35,260 nucleotides of DNA, taken from Deltaproteobacteria bacterium (lineage in GTDB: Bacteria; Bdellovibrionota_B; Oligoflexia; Oligoflexales; Bog-1112). Location of the stretch: contig PLEQ01000307.1 in the NCBI GenBank assembly GCA_003136475.1, positions 1 through 35,260 on the forward strand. The letters run 5' to 3'. The notes beneath the pieces were generated by a model. The model was not told the DNA's origin and did not search any database. It saw only the letters and a list, made by a program, of their open reading frames with translations. A program made the position numbers and the translations under genes. Below are positions 1 through 6,967 of this stretch, piece after piece; positions within the stretch are counted from its first letter, which is position 1; the number at the start of each line of letters is the position of its first letter.

Positions 1-633
1 CTTAAAGCCCCCTCCATCTCAAAGTTCACTACTGGCACCTCAGCTACCTACACCACGCCCACATCTCCATCGCCTCTATGGTTGGAGATTATCGTCGTAG
101 GAGGCGGTGCCGGCGGCGCTGGTTCGGGATCAAGCGGCGCGGGTGTTAACGGAAACGCCTCTTCCGTTGTCGGCAACAATACAACGACCGCTAACGGCGG
201 CAGCGGGCCTGCTAACCAGTATACTGGCGGCGTAGGGGGTACCTTCTCCATCGGTGCTGAATGCACCGATATCGATTCTGCTGCCGGAGGCAACGGCGGA
301 GGCGTCTCTGGTGTGGCGGCTGCTTCAGCAAACGGCGGCATGGGCGGTTCTAGCGCTCTTGGTGGTGCGGGTAGTGGCGGAGCTACGAGTAACGTCGGTG
401 GCGGTGCATCCACAAACTCAGGTGGTGGTGGTGGTGGAGCCGGTGGTGGATCTTCGGCTGCTCCCGGTTCTGGCGGTGGGGCCGGAGCGTATGTCCATTG
501 CGCGATTACGGGAACACTCAAGTCTACCTACACTTATACTGTCGGAGCTTCGGTAAGCGGGTCGACCGGAAGTTCAGCAGCTGGCGGCGCGGGCGCGGCC
601 GGTATGGTCGTTTTCATCGCGCACTACCAATAA
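1..633 (+). CDS. Glycine-rich domain protein, C-terminal part (tail-fibre or receptor-binding-like). The 5' end lies upstream of the window.
   Basis: The frame is open from base 1 (LKAPSISKFTTGTSATYTTPTSPSPLWLEIIVVGGGAGG...), and the track start at 82 is an internal TTG. Long GGxGG runs end in ...AGMVVFIAHYQ*. The segment is strongly GC-rich relative to the rest of the window and is the only sizeable plus-strand gene. Confidence 0.6.
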   Translation, partial: LKAPSISKFTTGTSATYTTPTSPSPLWLEIIVVGGGAGGAGSGSSGAGVNGNASSVVGNNTTTANGGSGPANQYTGGVGGTFSIGAECTDIDSAAGGNGGGVSGVAAASANGGMGGSSALGGAGSGGATSNVGGGASTNSGGGGGGAGGGSSAAPGSGGGAGAYVHCAITGTLKSTYTYTVGASVSGSTGSSAAGGAGAAGMVVFIAHYQ

Positions 634-642
634 GGAGACGTT

Positions 643-777
643 GTGAGTATCCAAGACGATTTTCAAGCATACACCAACGCTTTAGGGTTTGTTTCCAATA
701 AACCTGCAGGTACTTCGGGACAAACTGGGGGAAATGGCGGTCCCGGTTACATTGTTGTTACGGAGTATTACCAGTAA
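643..777 (+). CDS. 44-aa mini-ORF repeating the C-terminal motif of the upstream glycine-rich protein
   Basis: GTG at 643 lies 5 nt after a perfect AAGGAG (632-637). It encodes VSIQDDFQAYTNALGFVSNKPAGTSGQTGGNGGPGYIVVTEYYQ*. It is in the same frame as the upstream ORF and is followed by the terminator at 789-832. Confidence 0.4.
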   Translation: MSIQDDFQAYTNALGFVSNKPAGTSGQTGGNGGPGYIVVTEYYQ

Positions 778-788
778 TATATGAAGTC

Positions 789-832
789 AAGGACGGCTAT
801 TATAGCTTTAGGGCTCGTAGCCGTCCTTTTTT
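789..832 (+). terminator. Rho-independent terminator closing the plus-strand module
   Basis: The arm aaggacggcta (789-799) pairs with tagccgtcctt (818-828), giving an 11-bp stem followed by a T-run through 832. Confidence 0.75.
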
Positions 833-884
833 ATCTAGAAATTTTTGCTCTAGTAAAATATATCTTTGACGCTCTAGGAATTCG

Positions 885-1133
885 TTAAAACCCATCTGAT
901 TCCGGATAAGCTTCTAACTTTAATTCTTCAATCTCTTCTCGCAATTCCTCAATGGTCTGATTAGCCTCTACCAACTTAACCTTATAGCATTTCTCCATAT
1001 CAAGATAGCCCTTTTTCCACGATTTCGCGGCTAATTCAAAATCCAGAAGATGCTGTTGATATTGAGCCAACTCCTCTTCGAGCTTGGCTACTTGTTTCTG
1101 TAAATCATAGATAAGTTGTTCTGGAGTGATCAT
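885..1133 (-). CDS. Hypothetical coiled-coil protein
   Basis: ATG start with an ATGA overlap on the stop of the upstream gene. The sequence is heptad-like and rich in E, K, L and Q. No motif recognised. Confidence 0.5.
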   Translation of the reverse strand: MITPEQLIYDLQKQVAKLEEELAQYQQHLLDFELAAKSWKKGYLDMEKCYKVKLVEANQTIEELREEIEELKLEAYPESDGF

Positions 1134-2089
1134 TTTAGTGCCGCCTTTACTGCCGCTTTGGTTATCTCTCTCGTTTGACCAAGACTAAGTCTCGCCCAGT
1201 TATCATCTTCTCCCCAAGCGCTTCCGGGCGTCCATTTAATGTTGGCCTTATCCAAGGCTTTCTTCTCAGGTTTACCAAGTTGCAACACACAAAACATTCC
1301 CCTTAATGGAACTTCACTTTGTCCAAATCGACTTAGGAGTTTTTGCATTTGCTGTCTGTTGTCGTCTAGGTATCCTGAAGAACGAGTCTCAAATCGATCC
1401 ATGTCTAGACTCTGCAGAACTTCTTCTGCAATATTCTGTGACACGCTAGATAATCCAATATAATTGGCGGTGACCCAAATGCCTAAACTTTTAGCCAATT
1501 CATCATCGTCGGTGGAAACCCATCCAATTCGTAGTCCCGATAGCCCTAAAGTCTTAGAAAGGCTACCGCACATAATTTTATAGCTAGAGGGAACATGTCC
1601 TCCCGAACTATACGATCCAGTAGCATAAGCTGCATCCCAGATATCGACATTCCCAAAAGGGGCTATTAACCCCTCAGGATTACTTGGACTATCTACTAAC
1701 CTTATAAAGTTTCTCTCGGTACATCCATTTTGGAGATTAGACAGATCCCTCATCTTTTGCCAATCGATATGGTTCATATCCGATAAAGAAATGATTTGAG
1801 GGTATATGGGAAAGTATCGTCTATTAGTGACAACCCAATCAGTCCATGGAGCCTTAAGGGCATACAATGCCGCATGAATGGCCCCCGTAGCGCCGTGTGA
1901 AATAAAAAGGTGCTTAGGTCTATGCCCAGATTGTCTTTTAGCTAGATCCTTGCATTGTTCGATTAAATGGGGATAACCAAGATGCGGAGTGTACCCCATA
2001 GACTCTAGAAGTTTTGGGGCCATGCCAAATTTATGGCCTAGGGTCTCAATAAGAGCCTGGCGAACTATTACGGGATCTCCCCACGCCAT
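1130..2089 (-). CDS. PLP-dependent aminotransferase, class I/II fold
   Basis: Motifs SPSNPEG, IWDAAYA and SLSKTLGLSGLRIGW (the PLP-lysine motif SxSKxxGxxGxRxG). The track start at 2158 overlaps the HNH gene by 59 nt, whereas the ATG at 2089 (MAWGDP...) lies just after the HNH stop. Confidence 0.75.
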   Translation of the reverse strand: MAWGDPVIVRQALIETLGHKFGMAPKLLESMGYTPHLGYPHLIEQCKDLAKRQSGHRPKHLFISHGATGAIHAALYALKAPWTDWVVTNRRYFPIYPQIISLSDMNHIDWQKMRDLSNLQNGCTERNFIRLVDSPSNPEGLIAPFGNVDIWDAAYATGSYSSGGHVPSSYKIMCGSLSKTLGLSGLRIGWVSTDDDELAKSLGIWVTANYIGLSSVSQNIAEEVLQSLDMDRFETRSSGYLDDNRQQMQKLLSRFGQSEVPLRGMFCVLQLGKPEKKALDKANIKWTPGSAWGEDDNWARLSLGQTREITKAAVKAALK

Positions 2090-2099
2090 ATTAAATTCT

Positions 2100-2612
2100 T
2101 TATTCGAAATTGAGTTTGCCACAAAATTCTCCATAGATTTCTTTAGCCGCTTTATCAAAAGATTTTGCTGCCAATTCTGCTGTAGGAAAACGTCCTAAAA
2201 TTATTCTTTTCCCGTGAGAGTCTCTTATGTAGGCATACCAAGAATTAATTTTTAAACCTTTTTGTTTATGAATTCCTCTAAATCCAGAAGTGTTATCGGA
2301 TCTTTTTTTATTTTGATTAGTCACGTTTTGTCTATCTGTAACCGTTCTGAGATTACGTCGTCTACAATCTAGCGTGTTTCCATTTATGTGATCCACCTTA
2401 ATTTGTGAGTTTTCCATATTTAATAAAAATCTATGTAAAAATACTCTCTTTTTTAGCTCTTTTCCATTGTCCATTCCTATATGGAAATCATGTCTGGCAT
2501 AAAATCTGCCATTTTTACTATCATGAGCATACCATTTTAATTGGGATACTTTTTCAAAATCTTCATCATCAACTAATGCCACTTTTCCTTGAGTAAGAAG
2601 TATTTCTTTCAT
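2100..2612 (-). CDS. HNH homing endonuclease with a C-terminal AP2 DNA-binding domain (copy 1)
   Basis: VDHINGNTLDCRRRNLR (HNH) is followed by GFRGIHKQ..WYAYI..GKRIILGRFPTAELAAKSFDKAAKEIYGEF (AP2-like). The junction with the upstream gene is a TAATG overlap. Confidence 0.85.
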   Translation of the reverse strand: MKEILLTQGKVALVDDEDFEKVSQLKWYAHDSKNGRFYARHDFHIGMDNGKELKKRVFLHRFLLNMENSQIKVDHINGNTLDCRRRNLRTVTDRQNVTNQNKKRSDNTSGFRGIHKQKGLKINSWYAYIRDSHGKRIILGRFPTAELAAKSFDKAAKEIYGEFCGKLNFE

Positions 2613-2884
2613 TAGGGTACGTCGCCATTCTCTTTAATCTTCTGTTCTTCATATGGGACAGCGGTCCTACGATAGAGTTCTAGTTTAGCGCCTTCTAACG
2701 CTCCAATAGCATCGTTTATATTTTGGTAGTTTAGACCTTTACGAAGCAAGTAATTCTTTATAATTACCGTGAAGGTAAAGTTGAGATCTCCAGCACAATC
2801 TATTTCTTCAATATCTACGACGTTGTCTCCTGGGATTTCGCAGGGTCTAATATTTTCTCTTCGTTCTTGTTTGATATATGGCAT
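2612..2884 (-). CDS. Small conserved phage protein. Possibly N4 gp49/Sf6 gp66 family, which I recall as the family containing the Acb2 cyclic-oligonucleotide sponge. Function unverified.
   Basis: 90 aa with GDLNFTFT..NY...GLNYQNINDAIGALEGAKLELYRRTAVPYEEQKIKENGDV. The family assignment rests on my memory of the motif. A GAGGT SD lies 9 nt upstream, and the start is 1 nt after the CYTH stop. Confidence 0.45.
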   Translation of the reverse strand: MPYIKQERRENIRPCEIPGDNVVDIEEIDCAGDLNFTFTVIIKNYLLRKGLNYQNINDAIGALEGAKLELYRRTAVPYEEQKIKENGDVP

Positions 2885-2885
2885 A

Positions 2886-3482
2886 TTATTTTACCTCTTT
2901 TACGTACATTTCAAATAAGCTTAATTTCTTACGTTTCTGCGGCGTAATTCCTAATGGTGCAAGAAGCTTCTCATATTTTTGAACCACTTCCCAGGCTTGT
3001 TCCTGGGTCATTTCTAGGCTCTCATCGGCTTCAATTTCAACGAATGTAGCGTATTTGCCATCTTCGCCTTTGACGGTATAATAGACCAGATCGGCATCAT
3101 CGTAAAAGTAAATATCGCAGCTTTTCTGGATGGAGAAGTTTTTCTTATACCCAAGACCTTCACAGAAAGCATGAATTAGAAATGGGTCATTTTTATCAAC
3201 CCTAAGATTTACTTCAGTACGGACCCAATTATTTTTATCCATACTCTTTTTCTTAAAAGTAAGTTCAGAACGATTTTCCTCATCCCCACCAAGCCTGTTT
3301 TCGCTTGGCATTCTATAACGTAGAAATTCATTTTCGGCACGAAGATAGTAAACATCAGTAGATTCAACGTAAAGAAAACTCTTAGGTCCTAGGCTTTTAG
3401 CCAAGTCTTTGAATTTAATACGATCAATGTCATCAGCATTGTATTTTGCTTCTACTTCGAGGTATTTCTTTTCTTCGCTCAT
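2886..3482 (-). CDS. CYTH-domain (triphosphate tunnel metalloenzyme / class IV adenylate cyclase-like) protein
   Basis: N-terminal ExExK signature (LEVEAKY), then FLRYRM, SELTFKKK, RTEVNLRV and a C-terminal FVEIEAD. This is the alternating charged beta-strand pattern of CYTH tunnels. Confidence 0.75.
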   Translation of the reverse strand: MSEEKKYLEVEAKYNADDIDRIKFKDLAKSLGPKSFLYVESTDVYYLRAENEFLRYRMPSENRLGGDEENRSELTFKKKSMDKNNWVRTEVNLRVDKNDPFLIHAFCEGLGYKKNFSIQKSCDIYFYDDADLVYYTVKGEDGKYATFVEIEADESLEMTQEQAWEVVQKYEKLLAPLGITPQKRKKLSLFEMYVKEVK

Positions 3483-3934
3483 TTAAACGTCCATTCTAGC
3501 CCTATACTACCATTAGTTTGGGATAGGGTCAAGTGGGTACTAACTGAATGCACTTTAGGACCGTCTAAACTTAAGGACCTATCTTTTACAACTTTAGTTA
3601 TGCCCAAAAGAGTGCCTACCTGACCATCTGTAATGCCTACAGAATGCATAACATTTCTAGCAGTTCCTTCAGCTTTTGACGTAATTTTGTCTTGAAAAGC
3701 TTGTCCACCAGATTGAATGTAAGCGGCTTTGCTCGCCTGGGATATGGCGTTCGAGTATGTTGGATTAATAGAGTTATCGTATTGAAATACTGATAGAACC
3801 ATCAAGATTCCTAGAGTAGATCCACTCAGAGGCTCTTGGAATGTAGGAGTATGGGTATGAACCAAAAATGAGCTATTATCGGATATACCGATAGTAGAAT
3901 TTAGCGGAATTTGGGGTCCTACAAAATCATTCAC
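3479..3934 (-). CDS. Hypothetical protein with one hydrophobic segment
   Basis: GTG start with a GTGAATGA overlap on the upstream stop and an AAGGA SD about 9 nt upstream. Contains GSTLGILMVLSVF. No motif recognised. Confidence 0.5.
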   Translation of the reverse strand: MNDFVGPQIPLNSTIGISDNSSFLVHTHTPTFQEPLSGSTLGILMVLSVFQYDNSINPTYSNAISQASKAAYIQSGGQAFQDKITSKAEGTARNVMHSVGITDGQVGTLLGITKVVKDRSLSLDGPKVHSVSTHLTLSQTNGSIGLEWTFK

Positions 3935-4427
3935 TTTCTTTTTCCTTGCTCATTAGATAACGACACATTCCCATTTGACGATGAAGGGTCATGATTTTAT
4001 TATAGTCCTCAGTCCTACTAGTGCGAGCACCGTCTGCACATTCAGCTTCTATCCAAAAATCGTCACCGGTCAAGCCATATCTTTGGCCTAGAGATTCATA
4101 TTCTTTTTTAAAATATTTATAAGCCTCTTGATTGGTTTGAAATCGAGCTTTAGTTTCCATAAATTTCTCCATAAAAGACTGTGGCTCTTCCTTTGGGGTA
4201 GCCAATTTAAGAATATTTCTGGACATGGTTTCTTGACTAAAAATTAAATTTTTCAATTCATTCTTAAAAGGTTCTGGAATCTTATTGGCACAATCGTGTA
4301 GGTCTTTTAAATTTAGGGCATGAGCATTAACAATATAGAGCCCTGATTGAGTGAGACCAAGATCTTCCATGGCTATTAGGTTCTTTATACGACCAGCTAT
4401 GGCATAAATATCATCACTTCTGGACAT
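3927..4427 (-). CDS. Hypothetical protein
   Basis: 166-aa ORF with an ATG start that overlaps the end of the 58-aa ORF by 14 nt. Confidence 0.55.
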   Translation of the reverse strand: MSRSDDIYAIAGRIKNLIAMEDLGLTQSGLYIVNAHALNLKDLHDCANKIPEPFKNELKNLIFSQETMSRNILKLATPKEEPQSFMEKFMETKARFQTNQEAYKYFKKEYESLGQRYGLTGDDFWIEAECADGARTSRTEDYNKIMTLHRQMGMCRYLMSKEKESE

Positions 4428-4590
4428 TTGTTTTTACTAACTTTTTCTTTTTATCATAAAACTTTAGGATAATCGTCTTGTCCTTATTTAACTTGACCGT
4501 ATAGGAATCGATCTTGGTGATATCCATTATGTCTTCAAGTTCCTTGAGCGGAAATCTACCCTTGTTATCCAATTTAATGATTTTAGACAT
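4414..4590 (-). CDS. Unlisted 58-aa ORF, SpoVT/AbrB/MraZ-like
   Basis: I translated it by hand as MSKIIKLDNKGRFPLKELEDIMDITKIDSYTVKLNKDKTIILKFYDKKKKLVKTNVQK*. The LDxKGRFPLP-like motif is present. Its ATG overlaps the upstream stop (ATGTCTAA) and its own stop overlaps the next start. It falls below the track length cutoff. Confidence 0.5.
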   Translation of the reverse strand: MSKIIKLDNKGRFPLKELEDIMDITKIDSYTVKLNKDKTIILKFYDKKKKLVKTNVQK

Positions 4591-5110
4591 TTGCTTTCCT
4601 ATATTTTTTAGTTAACTCTTTGTGCTTCTTTCGACGCTCTTTGTATTTTGGATAAGATCCGGTTTCATAGAAAACCTCATATTGCCATACATCGTATTCT
4701 TTGGCAAGATCCAATTTCCACATTGGAAACTTCATATTAGTTTCATGATAAATCTCATTCCAATACTTTGTTCCGCCGATCTCATGATTTAGCAAAACTT
4801 TTCTTTGCTTTTTCTTACTATCCTGTTCTAATTCTTCGGCCTTGTCTACGTGGTCAATTGCATTTTCTAAAGTTGGATCAATTTCCCTATTCTTTTCCCA
4901 TAGATTATGTTTGGCATGACCAATTTCATGGATCAAAGTTAATACGGTATCAATTTTAGATTTATTTCTCTGTTTATTAATCATTATACCGGTATTGTCT
5001 AAATACCAGGCTGCGGAATCATCTTCTTCTTTAGAAGTACAAAAAGTGACCGTGAGTCCAAGCCCTTTCACATAACTGATTAGTCTGCTAATTTCTTCGT
5101 CTCTTACCAA
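4583..5110 (-). CDS. HExxH zinc-metallopeptidase-like protein (ImmA/IrrE-like)
   Basis: Motif TLIHEIGHAKHNLW. TTG start with a GGAG SD 5-6 nt upstream, overlapping the HNH-AP2 stop by 7 nt. Confidence 0.55.
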   Translation of the reverse strand: MVRDEEISRLISYVKGLGLTVTFCTSKEEDDSAAWYLDNTGIMINKQRNKSKIDTVLTLIHEIGHAKHNLWEKNREIDPTLENAIDHVDKAEELEQDSKKKQRKVLLNHEIGGTKYWNEIYHETNMKFPMWKLDLAKEYDVWQYEVFYETGSYPKYKERRKKHKELTKKYRKANV

Positions 5111-5622
5111 GAGGTCTCCCGTTTAAATTTCCCAAAGTGTTCTTTAGCGGCCCTTTCGTATGCGTTAATGGCGTCTTCCTTAGAGGGAAATGTGCCCAAC
5201 CAAATTCTCTTGTTATTGATTTGTATTTGAGCGGCCCATTTTTTACTAGATTTATGCCAAGTAATACCCTTGATTCCAGTTTTGCTATTTTTTCTATCAG
5301 ATTTGATGTTCCTAGCATTCTCTCCAGGAGAACAGGTTCTTAAATTCTCTTTTGTATTGTCTAGAACATCCCCATTTTTATGGTCTATAAGTATTTTAGG
5401 ATCTGTTATGTTTAAAACAAATCTGTGTAATTTAGTCCAAGGATCTGAAGTTTTTAATCCCGTTATACGATTTTCTTTTGTATTATAGGTAACACACCAC
5501 CGATATCGACTAATTTTATACCAATCTGATTCGTCTACTTTAGCAACATAGATCTTATTTCTATGATAAACATAAAAATAAACTATACTATTTTTTATTT
5601 CTACAATTTCATTGGATTTCAT
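5104..5622 (-). CDS. HNH homing endonuclease with a C-terminal AP2 domain (copy 2)
   Basis: IDHKNGDVLDNTKENLR (HNH) plus GIKGITWHKSSKKWAAQIQINNKRIWLGTFPSKEDAINAYERAAKEHFGKF (AP2). ATGA overlap with the upstream stop. Confidence 0.85.
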   Translation of the reverse strand: MKSNEIVEIKNSIVYFYVYHRNKIYVAKVDESDWYKISRYRWCVTYNTKENRITGLKTSDPWTKLHRFVLNITDPKILIDHKNGDVLDNTKENLRTCSPGENARNIKSDRKNSKTGIKGITWHKSSKKWAAQIQINNKRIWLGTFPSKEDAINAYERAAKEHFGKFKRETSW

Positions 5623-6599
5623 ATCAATCTAATAAATTCAACACACTCTTGAAATGATTTAATGTCTATTCCACCACCATAAGTAATTCCAGACCTAAGT
5701 GCTCCTTGCCACGTTTCTAACATTTGTACAACGGGTTTTCCAACGTCTAGATAACGAACCCCACCTTCTGCGCATGTACCCGACTTTAAACCCCCTTTCC
5801 ATTTATTTTGGACGTATTCAGAAGCCATACCGGCATAAATTTTTTTAGTGGCTATAGCATCTTCATAAAAAAAATCTGCCGCACTCTCAGGACAGGCAGC
5901 AAAAATACTTCCAGCCATGGCACTATTAGCCCCTGCAGCGATACTTTTTACTAAATCTGCAGGTTCTCTAAGGGCCCCATCACTAATAATAGGTAACCCC
6001 ATTTTTTTGGATAATTCTTTAAATTTTAGAACAGCACTGAACTGTTTTTCAGTACATCCAGCTGTATTCTTGGTTTCGCAGGCGAATCCTTGGGCAATAC
6101 CCACCTTTACAGCATCTGCAAAGTCTTCCACTTCATACATCATGTCTGGATTTACCGTATTTCCCACAACCATTTTGATGTGTGGAAAATCTGTTTTTAG
6201 TTTTTTGCCAAGATCAATTACTGTATCACTATAACCGTGGGCAATATCGATCACAATCACGTTAGCCCCATTCTTGATTAGGGTTTGGGCTAAATTGTAT
6301 TGATCATTTCCCACGCCAATAGAAACTGGTACCCATTGACAATTTTTAGTAACTTTTAGGACTTCAGATACATAATCTGCTTCCTGAAGGGCTCTGTGTA
6401 AAAAGCCAAATGCGCCAAGTTCTGATAATTTTATATAAAAATCTGCGTTTATGACTGTGGACATATTAGCAGCAATAAGTGGAATCTGCACTTTAATGCC
6501 ACGTATGATTTCTGATTTGGTATCAGCATCTAGTCTCGATGAGCAACGATTTTTCTTTTGCTTAATGGATATTGATTCAAAACCTAGAGATTGTTCCAT
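5619..6599 (-). CDS. IMPDH/GMP reductase-family enzyme without a CBS pair (GMP reductase-like)
   Basis: Motifs IPLIAANMSTV, VIVIDIAHGYS, VVGNTVNP and GLPIISDGALREPADLVKSIAAGANSAMAGSIFA. At 326 aa there is no room for a CBS insert. Confidence 0.75.
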   Translation of the reverse strand: MEQSLGFESISIKQKKNRCSSRLDADTKSEIIRGIKVQIPLIAANMSTVINADFYIKLSELGAFGFLHRALQEADYVSEVLKVTKNCQWVPVSIGVGNDQYNLAQTLIKNGANVIVIDIAHGYSDTVIDLGKKLKTDFPHIKMVVGNTVNPDMMYEVEDFADAVKVGIAQGFACETKNTAGCTEKQFSAVLKFKELSKKMGLPIISDGALREPADLVKSIAAGANSAMAGSIFAACPESAADFFYEDAIATKKIYAGMASEYVQNKWKGGLKSGTCAEGGVRYLDVGKPVVQMLETWQGALRSGITYGGGIDIKSFQECVEFIRLI

Positions 6600-6961
6600 T
6601 ACAATAATACCTCTTCTTTGTAAGAACCGTAGTCCGTATAATATACGCGTTTAATGCCAACATCTCTCAAAAGCTTATTACACCAAACGCATGGCTTGCT
6701 CATCGCGACATCACCACTTTTATTCTCCCTGTAAAGATATATAGTGCAATCTTTAAGAGACCCTTCTTCGACTCCCAAAATACAATCCAGTTCGCAATGG
6801 ATATGCTGGAATGGGTGGTTGCTTTTGGCATGAGTTTTGTATTTATTGAATCCCAGTGATACTACTTTAGATTTATTAACAATAACCCCACCAATTTTGT
6901 GGTACGGATGCGTACTTTTTTTAGATATTTTTCTTGCTAGATCAAAGAATTTCATCTTCAT
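6599..6961 (-). CDS. dCMP/cytidine deaminase, zinc-binding
   Basis: HCELDCI (H-x-E) and PCVWCNKLL (PCxxC). Its stop overlaps the reductase ATG (TAATG). Confidence 0.8.
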   Translation of the reverse strand: MKMKFFDLARKISKKSTHPYHKIGGVIVNKSKVVSLGFNKYKTHAKSNHPFQHIHCELDCILGVEEGSLKDCTIYLYRENKSGDVAMSKPCVWCNKLLRDVGIKRVYYTDYGSYKEEVLL

Positions 6962-6967
6962 CTAGTG

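Noticed and set aside
48-521. 157-aa proline-rich ORF on the minus strand
   Set aside because: It is the antisense shadow of the glycine-rich gene, because GGN codons read as NCC on the other strand. It has no independent start context and lies entirely inside the plus-strand ORF.
254-701. Plus-strand alternative-frame ORFs 254-556 and 498-701
   Set aside because: These are out-of-frame readings of the GC-rich glycine-repeat region with unnatural compositions. The frame-1 ORF and the SD-preceded mini-ORF explain the sequence better.
560-777. Diversity-generating retroelement (variable repeat/template repeat) explanation for the duplicated C-terminal motif
   Set aside because: The two copies are similar only at the protein-motif level (ggtatggtcgttttcatcgcgcactaccaataa versus ggttacattgttgttacggagtattaccagtaa). 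A template/variable repeat pair would be near-identical with adenine-specific differences. There is also no reverse transcriptase gene in the window.
5088-5318. 76-aa minus-strand ORF nested in the HNH-AP2 gene. The same applies to nested same-strand ORFs at 10804-11010, 26075-26263 and 28867-29109.
   Set aside because: These are alternative frames wholly inside longer ORFs with recognisable domains or better coupling. They have low-complexity or basic compositions and no start context.
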